Shown: positions 48,709 to 58,647 of the stretch, piece by piece
Layout of the letters: the number at the start of each line of letters is the position of its first letter
Position numbering within the stretch: position 1 is the first letter of the stretch
IMG/VR virus record: IMGVR_UViG_3300025888_000275
Coordinates: 1 to 59,880 of that record
Strand: one strand, 5' to 3'
DNA: 59,880 bases
Source of the DNA: a virus
Lineage: Duplodnaviria; Caudoviricetes
The notes under the pieces: model-generated
Database searches by the model: none
Seen by the model: only the letters and a program-made list of their open reading frames with translations
Told to the model about the DNA's origin: nothing
Program-made: the position numbers and the translations under genes

Positions 48709-50073
48709 ATGAAACGCGGAATCTCAGGTACATTGGCGCTTACCACCGACACAAAGATGAAGGAAATCATTCGTGCCCTTTGGCGCGATATACCGAGGCG
48801 GCACATTAATTGCGAATGGCACCCTGACGGCATCATCTTTTCGTGCGCCGTGGTTGATGGCGTGGAAATAGTAAGCTTTACCGGTGGTAAATTGTTTATC
48901 CACAACTGGAACTCGATCCGTGAAATGATGATCCCGCTGGTCCCGGTGCTCCCACCGGTTGACGAAGAAGATCCTACGCTGGGCGATCCTGTCTTTGCGC
49001 TGGGCGAAACTTCCGAACGGATCCAGCGGCATAAAAAGGTGACCTACACGGCCACTGCGGTAAATGCTACGCTGCTAACTTATTCGCTCGATGCCGATTC
49101 GTTACTGGCCGGTAATACCATCAACGAAAAAAACGGCGAAGTAAATTACGATGAAGATTGGATTGGCGATGCTGTTATTACCTGCACGGCTGACGGCGGT
49201 TCGGAAGCCACAACTGCAACGCATACGGCAACTACCACAGAGGCTGTTGAAGGCGAAGATATTATTTCGCTGGCCGATGTACTCGTGCCGGACACAACAC
49301 CGATACACCGCGCACTGATGGTTTACGGCGACCGGGTGGAAACAATAGATGATGGCATCCATTATATATATGGCAAGGTACCGGCTGATGAAGCAGTTAC
49401 TGAAGCTACGATCGTAATCGGCAAAGAATATTACCGCGAACGTATATATGAGGGTTTTATCAACATACTGATAAGTGTTTTGAATGGCGCCGATACTGGC
49501 CGCTCTTTCAACAGTGACTGGAGTAATTCCGGGAACGTGACGCGGACCGTGCCTGTTACCCAGGTGCGTTATGTTGACACCGATGTAAGTTGCGTTTGGG
49601 ACGAAAATGATGAAAATACCGGCATTCAGATCGGTACCCGCCAGAAACAAACCAAAAAGACCGGTTCCGACTGGGTAAATTCCGGGGCTTCGTACCCGTT
49701 TTCAGAAACTAATTTGACGGTTTGCCCGTTACCTGAACCCCCGGCACCTGATCCCAGTTATGCCTATATTAGAGTTGGTAACGGAACGTTTGATGAAGCT
49801 ATTGCCACTGAGGCTGAAATTACCTATACCGAAAACATAAAGAAAAACATAAGCAGTCCTGCTCTTTCCGGATACAATAATATTTTCATATCAATTCCGG
49901 TTGATCGGTACCTGGAGATAGGTGATGACATTGGTGAAATCTCAACGTTTGAAATGCTTGTTCCGCTTGATATCAGATCCGGGCATAAAAACAATAATGT
50001 TTACCGAGATACCGAAAGTTTTGCAACTACAAAATCATGCCCTTTTTGGGTAAAAATTAAAACCACACCATGA
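48709..50073 (+). CDS. Tail-associated protein with Ig-like segment
   Basis: Acidic, Thr-rich beta protein in the tail module. Confidence 0.55.
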   Translation: MKRGISGTLALTTDTKMKEIIRALWRDIPRRHINCEWHPDGIIFSCAVVDGVEIVSFTGGKLFIHNWNSIREMMIPLVPVLPPVDEEDPTLGDPVFALGETSERIQRHKKVTYTATAVNATLLTYSLDADSLLAGNTINEKNGEVNYDEDWIGDAVITCTADGGSEATTATHTATTTEAVEGEDIISLADVLVPDTTPIHRALMVYGDRVETIDDGIHYIYGKVPADEAVTEATIVIGKEYYRERIYEGFINILISVLNGADTGRSFNSDWSNSGNVTRTVPVTQVRYVDTDVSCVWDENDENTGIQIGTRQKQTKKTGSDWVNSGASYPFSETNLTVCPLPEPPAPDPSYAYIRVGNGTFDEAIATEAEITYTENIKKNISSPALSGYNNIFISIPVDRYLEIGDDIGEISTFEMLVPLDIRSGHKNNNVYRDTESFATTKSCPFWVKIKTTP

Positions 50074-52523
50074 CAGCGATAAAAAGGACATTTGAAGCTC
50101 AGATACCTGGCCCTTTTGACGAGAAGGTGTGCAATTATGTTGTAGATAGGGTAGCACAAACGGTAAAAGTAGAAACCATTACAGACTACCTGGCCAGAAT
50201 TATTCCAGACATAAGAAGCGCGTCCGTTCAGGTTGCGGTATTGACGAAAGATGGATATGAGACATCTGAAACTTATTCTTTTAGTGAATGGCCTGATGAA
50301 GCAACTAATTTTGATACAAAATATTACGCTTTCATCGGCGGCCTTGCTGATGAAAATTTTGTTGAGATACCGCCGTCGCATCAACCTGTTACCATTGCCG
50401 AAGAATCGAAAGAACTGTTAAGTATTGACGAAGATCAGGTATTGACTATCAATCTTGATGATTATGTGACAGACGATGAGTTGGCTGAAGTGATTGATGA
50501 TGTGCTTGAATACATTGAATTTTCGATTATGGCAAACGGAGAAGATGTACCTGTAACTATTGCACCGGAATCATCTGACGAAGCAACGATTGGTAGTGAT
50601 CAGGTTTTACACCTTAAAAAGAAAGATTTGAGTTATGCCGATTTTGGAACGATAACTTGGCTTCATGATTATACCTTTAGATTATCTATTTACAAATTTC
50701 ACATTCAGGGCAATTATTTTTCGGTCGAGACACACGATGTAGCATTGGCTGCGGCTGATGCAACGTATGACCGGATAGATACATTTTACGCTGATAGCAG
50801 TCCCGCAACTGATGTAATTACAGGAGTGGCTTCGGCTGACCCGGTTGCAACTGAATTAGATCCATTTACTCAGCTGTTTCTTCAAAATGTACTGGTAAAG
50901 GCCGGAAGTACCTCGCCGGATACTACAATTGAGGAAGAAATAATCTTTAACGAAAATGTAGAATGGGCTACGGCCTTGATAATTGCCAAAGATGGCGCAA
51001 CTGTTGATTTTGATAATACCGCTTCACATTTTGCCGGAACGAAACAAACAAGGGCAACGTTTTTGCCTTACAAATTTGGTGGGATAATATTTTCGTACTC
51101 GAAGGATACTGACGTAAATATCAGCAATTCGAACCTTATTTTAAGTGTCCGAACTTCACGGACATTTGGAGCAACCGAAAGTATTTATCTAAAATTGGCC
51201 GATGTGTGGACGGTGAAAAGTCAACCGGTGTATATTAAAGACGGGCAATACGGATTCAACTCTTCGCTTACAGACTACCAAACACTTACTATTCCGTTTG
51301 CAGACTTTAAATCGACCACAAACCTGATTAATACGCTTCGGGTGGCTTTCACCGGTTGTGGCGCAGGCGTTTCCGGAAATACCACTATTGACTTTGACAT
51401 GATCAAAATTCAAAAGGGTATTGCACCGGTTGAAAATACTGAAACTGATCCGGTATTTTTGAAATGGTTGGCAAATTATGTGCCGCCGGATGGTAAGCAT
51501 AACTCAACCACCGAAAAACAAGGAGGTAGTGATGAACTTGACGAATTTTATCATCTAACTTCCGGGCAGATAACTAATTTAATTACCCCAGATACGCCGA
51601 TTGTTAAAATTGATAATGGCGTCACGGAGGTTAAAATTGAATACGGTGCTTTGTATAATTTGTATGTCACACAAGGATCGGGAACTGGAAGTTTGAGTAG
51701 TTATGATGATTGGGTAGTGCCTACAAACACCCATATTAATTCACTTATTACCGCAATAGGAGGGGCTCCTAATGGAAATAAATTAAAAAGTATTGGATTA
51801 ATATATTGGAACACAAATGAAGGTACAAATGAATTTAAATTTAATGCTAGAGGAACTGGACAGAGAAATTACAGTGGAACATTTCAAGGAATTAAGGAAT
51901 ATTTAAATATACATAGCAATGATGCCAACGACAGTGTTTATTTTAGTTCATATGTTGATGCTGGAGAAGAAAATGATAATATAGCCGGCAGATCAATCCG
52001 TCTTTGCAACCCTTCAACCCTACTTTCGGAAGGTGAAACTGGTGAATATATTGGAAACGATGGAACTGTTTACGCTACAAAAGTGATAAATGGTGTAGAA
52101 TGGCTTTCCGAAAACCTAAATGAAACACAATGGAGAGATCATAGTTATATTCACGGTTATGAAGCAGGGGTTTATACACCGATAAGTAACGAAGACTGGG
52201 CTGCACTTACTACCGAAGCAATGTGCTATTACAACGACTTAGAATCAAACGGTGCAACGCAAGTTGCTGTATTGACTGACGTAAAAATAGGCGGAACAGT
52301 TACCATTCATAAGCCTGTTACCGTAGCAACAGCAAGTGCAGCCTTTGGAAGTATTGATGCAGATCAGAAATTAACACTGACAGAACCAACTTACGCGGCA
52401 TTACCTGATCCACCGACTTTAGGTTCTATTTCGCCTAAAAATTACTGGACAGGCACACAGGCAGCGTATGATGCTTTAGGTTCATACGACAGTAATACAA
52501 TTTATTTTGTGGAGGAAGCATAA
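50070..52523 (+). CDS. Tail fibre / receptor-binding protein with permuted Fib_succ_major-like domain
   Basis: CBM-like middle, YGALYN..W.VP..KLKS.G..W..GTN..F.ARG.G.R..SIRL, C-terminal WTGTQAAYDAL..NTIYF. Confidence 0.65.
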   Translation: MTAIKRTFEAQIPGPFDEKVCNYVVDRVAQTVKVETITDYLARIIPDIRSASVQVAVLTKDGYETSETYSFSEWPDEATNFDTKYYAFIGGLADENFVEIPPSHQPVTIAEESKELLSIDEDQVLTINLDDYVTDDELAEVIDDVLEYIEFSIMANGEDVPVTIAPESSDEATIGSDQVLHLKKKDLSYADFGTITWLHDYTFRLSIYKFHIQGNYFSVETHDVALAAADATYDRIDTFYADSSPATDVITGVASADPVATELDPFTQLFLQNVLVKAGSTSPDTTIEEEIIFNENVEWATALIIAKDGATVDFDNTASHFAGTKQTRATFLPYKFGGIIFSYSKDTDVNISNSNLILSVRTSRTFGATESIYLKLADVWTVKSQPVYIKDGQYGFNSSLTDYQTLTIPFADFKSTTNLINTLRVAFTGCGAGVSGNTTIDFDMIKIQKGIAPVENTETDPVFLKWLANYVPPDGKHNSTTEKQGGSDELDEFYHLTSGQITNLITPDTPIVKIDNGVTEVKIEYGALYNLYVTQGSGTGSLSSYDDWVVPTNTHINSLITAIGGAPNGNKLKSIGLIYWNTNEGTNEFKFNARGTGQRNYSGTFQGIKEYLNIHSNDANDSVYFSSYVDAGEENDNIAGRSIRLCNPSTLLSEGETGEYIGNDGTVYATKVINGVEWLSENLNETQWRDHSYIHGYEAGVYTPISNEDWAALTTEAMCYYNDLESNGATQVAVLTDVKIGGTVTIHKPVTVATASAAFGSIDADQKLTLTEPTYAALPDPPTLGSISPKNYWTGTQAAYDALGSYDSNTIYFVEEA

Positions 52524-53275
52524 TGCCAATATTTATAGGAACATCGGTTAAAAATCAGGCTTCAATAAGCGTTGGAACTCAGCAAATGGGTAAAGTTTAT
52601 TGTGGGGATAAATTGGTGTGGCAAAAAGCACCAAAAGGATTAGGTTATGGCGCTCTCTATAGTTGGTATGCAGCCAGTAATGCAAACTTTTGTCCTAGTG
52701 GATGGCATTTGCCAAGTAGTACAGATGTAGAAAATTTAGCATCATATCTCGAACCCTCTTGGAATCAGAGTTCTAACTCAGTTGGTGGAAAATTAAAGGA
52801 AGTAGGTATAACATATTGGACATCACCAAATACGGGTGCTACAAACCAAGTTGGATTCACGGCAAGAGGCTCTGGATATAGAGATCATTATGGTATATTT
52901 TTATATGACAAAGAAAAAAATTATTTTTTTAATGCCGAGTCTCATCCCGCTGGAGCAAGAGTTAGTCTTATGTCGTATAATAATGCTACCCTTCAAACAA
53001 CAAAAACAAATGTTGCATATTTTATCACAGATAAAAATGCTGGAACAAGTATTCGTCTAATCAAAGATTCAGGTACCGCTACAGAAGTTACAGATATCGA
53101 CGGAAACGTATATCCATGCGTAACCATCGGGTCTCAGTGCTGGTTAGCTGCAAATTGGAAATGTGAACACTTTAATGACGGAACAGTAATACCAATTGTA
53201 ACAGACAACACAGCATGGGCAGCATTAACAACGCCGGGAATGTGTTATTATGGAAACGACATTGGAAACGCTTAA
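52523..53275 (+). CDS. Fib_succ_major (FISUMP)-like protein, circularly permuted
   Basis: YGALYSWYA..CPSGWHLPS..GGKLKE..SIRLIKD followed by VTDIDGNVY..IGSQCWLA. Confidence 0.75.
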   Translation: MPIFIGTSVKNQASISVGTQQMGKVYCGDKLVWQKAPKGLGYGALYSWYAASNANFCPSGWHLPSSTDVENLASYLEPSWNQSSNSVGGKLKEVGITYWTSPNTGATNQVGFTARGSGYRDHYGIFLYDKEKNYFFNAESHPAGARVSLMSYNNATLQTTKTNVAYFITDKNAGTSIRLIKDSGTATEVTDIDGNVYPCVTIGSQCWLAANWKCEHFNDGTVIPIVTDNTAWAALTTPGMCYYGNDIGNA

Positions 53276-53404
53276 TAGATTGCTTTGCCGCGTACCTCGC
53301 AACTCCTCGCAATGACGGTTTTTGTTTAAATTGTAAATTGTAAATGATTAAATAGTAAATAGATAGGATTGTAAATAATTAAATAGTAAATTAAAATTAA
53401 CATC

Positions 53405-53830
53405 ATGTATTTATTCAAAAAGTTACCAAACACGTGGATATTCGGCGAAACAGTTGACAGCGAATGTCCGGCGGGTATTTTCCGCATCGAACCATCGACT
53501 GACAGTACTACCGTAACGATCCGTTATTGCCAGCGAGATATATTCTATCGCAGTAACCTGCCATTTGGCTCGTTTAAGAAAGCCAATGGCGATGCTTACG
53601 CTTCGTTTGCCGAATTTAAAGTGGCATACGCTGGGTTCTTCTCGAATGCCGAAAGCGAAATTTTGGGCAATGCCAATTTTATTGATACCACGCTGGCAAC
53701 TGTCATTTATGAGGGCTATAAGGCAGGCGCCAGTTACCGCATCTGTAAGGTCGATATTTCGACCCCAATTATTTCGCGCACATGGGCTACCGGAGCATGG
53801 GCCGACCACGCAACTTTAACATACGAATAA
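53405..53830 (+). CDS. Hypothetical tail-fibre-associated protein
   Basis: Directly upstream of the DGR target gene. Confidence 0.6.
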   Translation: MYLFKKLPNTWIFGETVDSECPAGIFRIEPSTDSTTVTIRYCQRDIFYRSNLPFGSFKKANGDAYASFAEFKVAYAGFFSNAESEILGNANFIDTTLATVIYEGYKAGASYRICKVDISTPIISRTWATGAWADHATLTYE

Positions 53831-53833
53831 GCC

Positions 53834-55048
53834 ATGAACCTGAAATATGACAGCATTCTGGGCCGCGTTCGGGAGAACGATGCCCAGCCCGAAAAATGGG
53901 GAATACACACCGACAATACCGGTAGCACTACGCTTGACCGTAGTGGGAATAGTTTTTACGAGTTTACGAAGCTTTGGCTTCCCGGTGTGGCCTTGGTTCT
54001 CCTGAACGACAGCCTGGAAGAAACAGCTATACTTGCCACGCCCGCCAACCCAACCATTTCGGGCAGCGCGGTACTCGACGGCACAGCCGGACAGGTAATG
54101 GTACGCATCCCAAAGATTTATTACCGCGAAGTTTTTGATGTGAACGGCGTGTTGACAGATGTTGAAGTATCGGCACAGCCACGGATCGGATTTCGCCTGC
54201 ACGAGAAATTCAGCTATGGAAACGGAAGGAATGAGATATATATTGGAGCATACGAAGCATCATTAGCCACCGGAGACAAGTTGGCATCTGTGTCGGGCGT
54301 AGCAACCCTGACATCTGTTACGCTGGCCAATTTTCGCACGTATGCCGGTAATCGTGGGGCTGGCTGGCATGGTTTTGATTTTTACACGATGCACCTTATA
54401 CAGTTGTTGTTTTACGTGTATTACGCCAACTTCGATTCTCAAACTGCATTGCCAGGATATACCGAACACACATGGGACTATAGTTATAAGCGAAATACAG
54501 GGCGCAGTAATGTGCTAACTACCATCAACGGCTCTGTGAATTCGACTGCCGGTGGCGTTGATGCTGATCTGGAGGGTGGCTGGTTTGGTTCAAGCCGCGT
54601 AATCGCCAACCGATTTCTATTTATCGAAAACATATTCGGGCACATCTGGAAAATGTTAGACGGCTATACTTTTGACGGGCGGGTAATCGGGGCCAATTCT
54701 GTGTTTGCAACGCCTAACCCTGCTCTGTTTAGCAGCGACCCGACCACTATCTTAGCCAACTATGCTAATCTTAACGTAGCGTTACCGGCGGCAAGCAACG
54801 AAAATTACATGCAGAATTTGCAAGGTTTGTTTTTGCCAAAAACGCACGGCGGCAGTTCGTCAACATACATTACCGATTATTTTTGGTCGTATCTCGATAA
54901 TGCAGAGTACAATTATTTTCGGCTCGTTTTGTCGGGCGGCAGTCTGGCTTATGGCGCTCAGGCGGGGCTCGCTTCGCGGTATGCGCATCTCGTTTTGGGC
55001 CTTGCGTATTCGGATATCGGTTCTCGGCTTTGCGCTGAAAAAATTTAA
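53834..55048 (+). CDS. DGR target protein (C-type-lectin-fold receptor-binding protein)
   Basis: QVMVRIPK, YIGAYEAS, IENIFGHIW..DG motifs; C-terminal variable repeat ending GSRLC. Confidence 0.9.
   Translation: MNLKYDSILGRVRENDAQPEKWGIHTDNTGSTTLDRSGNSFYEFTKLWLPGVALVLLNDSLEETAILATPANPTISGSAVLDGTAGQVMVRIPKIYYREVFDVNGVLTDVEVSAQPRIGFRLHEKFSYGNGRNEIYIGAYEASLATGDKLASVSGVATLTSVTLANFRTYAGNRGAGWHGFDFYTMHLIQLLFYVYYANFDSQTALPGYTEHTWDYSYKRNTGRSNVLTTINGSVNSTAGGVDADLEGGWFGSSRVIANRFLFIENIFGHIWKMLDGYTFDGRVIGANSVFATPNPALFSSDPTTILANYANLNVALPAASNENYMQNLQGLFLPKTHGGSSSTYITDYFWSYLDNAEYNYFRLVLSGGSLAYGAQAGLASRYAHLVLGLAYSDIGSRLCAEKI
54916..55033 (+). repeat. DGR variable repeat (VR)
   Basis: 118-bp ungapped match to TR; 23 mismatches, all opposite TR adenines. 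Confidence 0.95.
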
Positions 55049-55081
55049 TGAATGTATTGGGGTACTCGGTTTCATACTGGT

Positions 55082-55199
55082 TTTTCGGCTCGTTATGTCA
55101 GGCAGCAATCTGAATAATGGCGATCAAGCGGAGCTCGCTTCGCGGAATGCGAATAACGATTTGGGCAATGCGAATTCGAATATCAGTTCTCAGCTAAGC
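55082..55199 (+). repeat. DGR template repeat (TR)
   Basis: AAT/AAC-rich copy of VR between the target gene and the RT gene. Confidence 0.95.
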
Positions 55200-55307
55200 T
55201 ATTTTTAATGCGAAGCCGATACCTTGCCGCTTGGCAAAACAAAAAAATAAATCAAGAGTGCTGGTAGTGTAAAAATGAAAGCTCTTATTTGATAGCAAAT
55301 AAAACAG

Positions 55308-56279
55308 ATGAAAAGAAAAGGAAATTTATATCAGGAATTATGCAGCCGCGAAAACATAGCGGCGGCATACGCGGCGGCTAAAAAGGGCAAAATGAAATAC
55401 AGCGAAGTGGAAGCCATTGAAGCCAATCCAGACAAATACCTGGATAAATTACAGGTGATGCTCACTAATAAAACATACCGGACCAGTGATTATGAAGTAT
55501 TCACTAAAGTAAGCGGAAATAAAGTCAGAGAAATATACAAATTGCCGTTTTTCCCTGACCGGATCGTGCATCATTGCATTATACAGGTAGTACAAAAACT
55601 ATGGTTGTCATTATTGATCCGCGATACCTTCAGCACTATACCAGGCAGGGGAATACACGACGGTGTGCGGCGGGTAAAGCTGGCATTGAAAGATGTTGAG
55701 AATACCCGTTATTGCCTGAAAGCCGATGTGCGGAAGTATTATCCATCCATTGACCACGACATCCTGAAATTGATTATCCGGAAGAAAATAAAAGACAATG
55801 ACCTGCTTGAATTGCTCGATCAGATTATTGATTCAGCTTCAGGAATACCAATAGGCAATTATGTCAGTCAGTGGTTTGGAAATATTTATCTGGCCTATTT
55901 CGACCATTTCTGCAAGGAGGAATTGGGCTGCCGTTATTACTTCCGGTATTGTGATGATATTGTGGTACTAGGGAGTAATAAAGAAGAACTACACGCCCAC
56001 ATTATTGCCATCAATCATTATCTGGTAGAAAACCTGAATCTTAATTTAAAATCAAACTACCAGGTATTTCCGATTGATAAAAGGGGGCTTGATTTTTTGG
56101 GATACCGATTTTTTCATGGATACACATTGGTCAGGAAAAGAATAGTACAGCAAATGAAACGTAAATTAAACCATCCCAAAAGCATGAGTAGTTACTGGGG
56201 TTGGTTGAAACATGCAGACACATACAGGTTAACAACTAAATATTTCAAAAATGAAGGGAAATTCAAACAATCGGCCTGA
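55308..56279 (+). CDS. DGR reverse transcriptase
   Basis: PDRIVHH, GRGIH, LKADVRKYYPSIDH, GIPIGNYVSQ, YCDD, DFLGY motifs. Confidence 0.95.
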   Translation: MKRKGNLYQELCSRENIAAAYAAAKKGKMKYSEVEAIEANPDKYLDKLQVMLTNKTYRTSDYEVFTKVSGNKVREIYKLPFFPDRIVHHCIIQVVQKLWLSLLIRDTFSTIPGRGIHDGVRRVKLALKDVENTRYCLKADVRKYYPSIDHDILKLIIRKKIKDNDLLELLDQIIDSASGIPIGNYVSQWFGNIYLAYFDHFCKEELGCRYYFRYCDDIVVLGSNKEELHAHIIAINHYLVENLNLNLKSNYQVFPIDKRGLDFLGYRFFHGYTLVRKRIVQQMKRKLNHPKSMSSYWGWLKHADTYRLTTKYFKNEGKFKQSA

Positions 56280-56565
56280 TGCTATCGTGCAGATGGGCGA
56301 CAAAGTACAGGTGCGGTGGAATATCACACGCAACGACCGAACCAATATGGACGAAACGGTTACAGAGAGCTGGGATTATGAGTATGTCAATTGTGATGCC
56401 CCGGAACGTGGCGCAATTATCCGGGCAATCATGAAAACGAAATATCCGCTCGTTGATGACGAAATTGCGGTAATCAACAACAAAGACCTTCATCCGGAGC
56501 AGTATGACGAATATCAGCTATTCCGGGGGCAGGTCAAACAAATTGTAGATGAAGCGTTTCAGTGA
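56251..56565 (+). CDS. Hypothetical protein coupled to RT
   Basis: Overlaps the RT 3' end; KYP..DEIA..N..Y.EY..FR motif seen in small tail-associated proteins. Confidence 0.65.
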   Translation: MKGNSNNRPDAIVQMGDKVQVRWNITRNDRTNMDETVTESWDYEYVNCDAPERGAIIRAIMKTKYPLVDDEIAVINNKDLHPEQYDEYQLFRGQVKQIVDEAFQ

Positions 56566-56848
56566 TTTTTCGAGCGAGGAAACTCCACTCGACGGTGCAA
56601 AGGTAAAACTGGACGAAATACTGAATCAGGAAGTTGAAATTATTGCCTTCCGATTGTCAGAATCGAAGTTCAGCAAGAATGTAAGCGGGAAGTACGCCAC
56701 AGTGCAATTCAATACACCGGAATGCACCCTTCCGCGTGTATTCTTTACCGGATCGGACGTACTGATAACACAGCTCGAAAAATACAAAGAGGAGTTGCCT
56801 TTCATGACAGTAATCAAAAAAATTAACAAGTATTATACGCTGAGCTAA
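56549..56848 (+). CDS. Small beta-rich protein, candidate DGR accessory factor
   Basis: MKRFSDF..G.KVKLDEILN.E..SKF..VFFTGSDVL..LPF.T.I; overlaps the previous gene. Confidence 0.65.
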   Translation: MKRFSDFSSEETPLDGAKVKLDEILNQEVEIIAFRLSESKFSKNVSGKYATVQFNTPECTLPRVFFTGSDVLITQLEKYKEELPFMTVIKKINKYYTLS

Positions 56849-57170
56849 TATCAAAACCGGCTCCTCCGGATATGACACAAAGTTCGCATCGGCTGGTGAC
56901 GATTTGCAATCGTCACCTCTTAGCTAGTGATTTGTAATCACTATTTGACAAATTTCAGTTTGACCCAAAAACGTCAAGAGGCAGTAGGTAACCATATCCT
57001 TCTGCCTTTTTTTGGCAACTGAGCTTGTCGAAGTTTGTCCTTTCGTTCAATCGCCAAACGGCCCATCTTTGAATAAAAAGGGTCTTGAACACGATTAAAG
57101 AATTACAAGATTTTATCTGGAATATTTAAAAACTTCCGGCTGATACCCGGAATTATAACTCTACTGAATT

Positions 57171-57764
57171 ATGTGTGAATCACAAAAAGTAATTGCCGAC
57201 AAATGCGATGAATGCCTATCAAATATTAATGAACGCGTAGATGGTGTACTGGAAAAATTTGAAGTACATTCATACGAAATGTTCAATAATTTTGAAACGA
57301 AACAAAACCTTTCATTGAAAAATCAGGAAGTAGTAGCTGATGGAGCAATATTTACATATTTAAAAAATCAAGAAAATAAACACGACGAAGCGTTCAGTGC
57401 ACATTTAAAAGTACAAAGAGAAAAACATGACACCGAATTCAGTCAACATTTGGAAAAGCAAGCTATTAAGTATGAAAATTTTGAAAAAAAAGTCCTTGGA
57501 TTAATCTGGAAAGTTTTAGCTTTTGTTTTTGGTGTTGTTATATTATGTAGCGCAGTGGTTGCTGTAACTTGGATAACAGTTCAAAATAAGGCAGAGAAAA
57601 AAGATACGCTATCACTTTTGAATGCGAAGTCAATTATAGATGCCGGAGATAAATATAGGGATCAAAGATATGTTATAAGAAAAGATGAAACCCTTGAAAA
57701 GTATCATTATCAATGGTGTTACGATTCTGTATTTGCGGATATATTAAAGAATGAATCAAAATAA
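57171..57764 (+). CDS. Single-pass membrane protein (lysis module)
   Basis: Coiled coil plus one transmembrane helix. Confidence 0.55.
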   Translation: MCESQKVIADKCDECLSNINERVDGVLEKFEVHSYEMFNNFETKQNLSLKNQEVVADGAIFTYLKNQENKHDEAFSAHLKVQREKHDTEFSQHLEKQAIKYENFEKKVLGLIWKVLAFVFGVVILCSAVVAVTWITVQNKAEKKDTLSLLNAKSIIDAGDKYRDQRYVIRKDETLEKYHYQWCYDSVFADILKNESK

Positions 57765-57769
57765 ACTAC

Positions 57770-58111
57770 ATGAAAACACTAAAATCAATCATCGATTGGT
57801 GCAAAATGCACATAATCATTTTCATCGCAATTGTAGCGATATGCTTATTTTCCTACGTGAGTTTTACAAGTACAGTCAGTTTTCCGGTTGAATATATTCA
57901 AAAGATACCTTTTGGAATTCTGGGTGCCGCTGTAATTTTATGGTGTGCTTTTTTTTGGATGAAACATGCTCACCCGGATGAATGGGATTCTCTTGACGAG
58001 AAAACAGCAGGGGGTATTTCCGATCTTACAGCATGGCAAAAAGTACTAATATCTTATTTACGAATATTTCTGTTTTGTTTTATCGCGGCAGTTCTGGCTT
58101 TTGCCCTATGA
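57770..58111 (+). CDS. Putative holin
   Basis: 113 aa with three hydrophobic helices, directly upstream of the endolysin. Confidence 0.55.
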   Translation: MKTLKSIIDWCKMHIIIFIAIVAICLFSYVSFTSTVSFPVEYIQKIPFGILGAAVILWCAFFWMKHAHPDEWDSLDEKTAGGISDLTAWQKVLISYLRIFLFCFIAAVLAFAL

Positions 58112-58647
58112 AAACCATCACCCTCATATTGCTATTTGTTTCCCTGCAAATTCAGGCGCAAATACAGACTTCTCCATTACGTGACAAGCTCGTTGCCTGT
58201 GCCGACAAATACATCGGAATCCGTGAGAAAACAGGCAATAATGATGGGCCGGAAGTTGAAGCAATACTCCGAAATGTTGGGCTTGGAAAGGGCTATGCCT
58301 GGTGCGCCGCTTTGCAGGCTCAAATATTTGATGATGCCGGTCTCAAGAATCCTCATTCAGCTTATTGTCCTGACTGGTTTAAAACAAATGTTGTTTACCG
58401 GCGAGATAAGCCAACACCTATTTCATTTGTCGCTAAAAAGGGAGATAGCGCCGGGTTTTTCATTCCAAACAAGAACAGGGTTGGGCATATTGGTATGATC
58501 TACGCAGAATCAAAATGGAACTATTCACTGAAGGAAGGCAATACAAACGAAGCGGGATCAGACGAAGGCGAAGGCGCTTATAATAAATTCAGGAATAAGA
58601 AATCAATCTACATTATTGCAGATCACTTAATACCATACGAAAAATGA
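58108..58647 (+). CDS. CHAP/NlpC-like endolysin with signal peptide
   Basis: GIREKTGNNDG, AWCAA, GHIG, EGNT; start MKTITLILLFVSLQIQA at 58108. Confidence 0.8.
   Translation: MKTITLILLFVSLQIQAQIQTSPLRDKLVACADKYIGIREKTGNNDGPEVEAILRNVGLGKGYAWCAALQAQIFDDAGLKNPHSAYCPDWFKTNVVYRRDKPTPISFVAKKGDSAGFFIPNKNRVGHIGMIYAESKWNYSLKEGNTNEAGSDEGEGAYNKFRNKKSIYIIADHLIPYEK

Noticed and set aside
50070-53275. Additional DGR variable repeats in the FISUMP-like genes
   Set aside because: No nucleotide similarity to TR was seen by eye around their SIRL motifs or 3' ends
54900-55208. 102-aa ORF spanning VR end and TR
   Set aside because: It is the Asn-rich reading of the template repeat and overlaps the target gene out of frame; not Avd-like
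55308-56279. Group II intron or retron RT
   Set aside because: Short RT with GNYVSQ motif, no maturase or endonuclease extension, and a clear TR/VR pair
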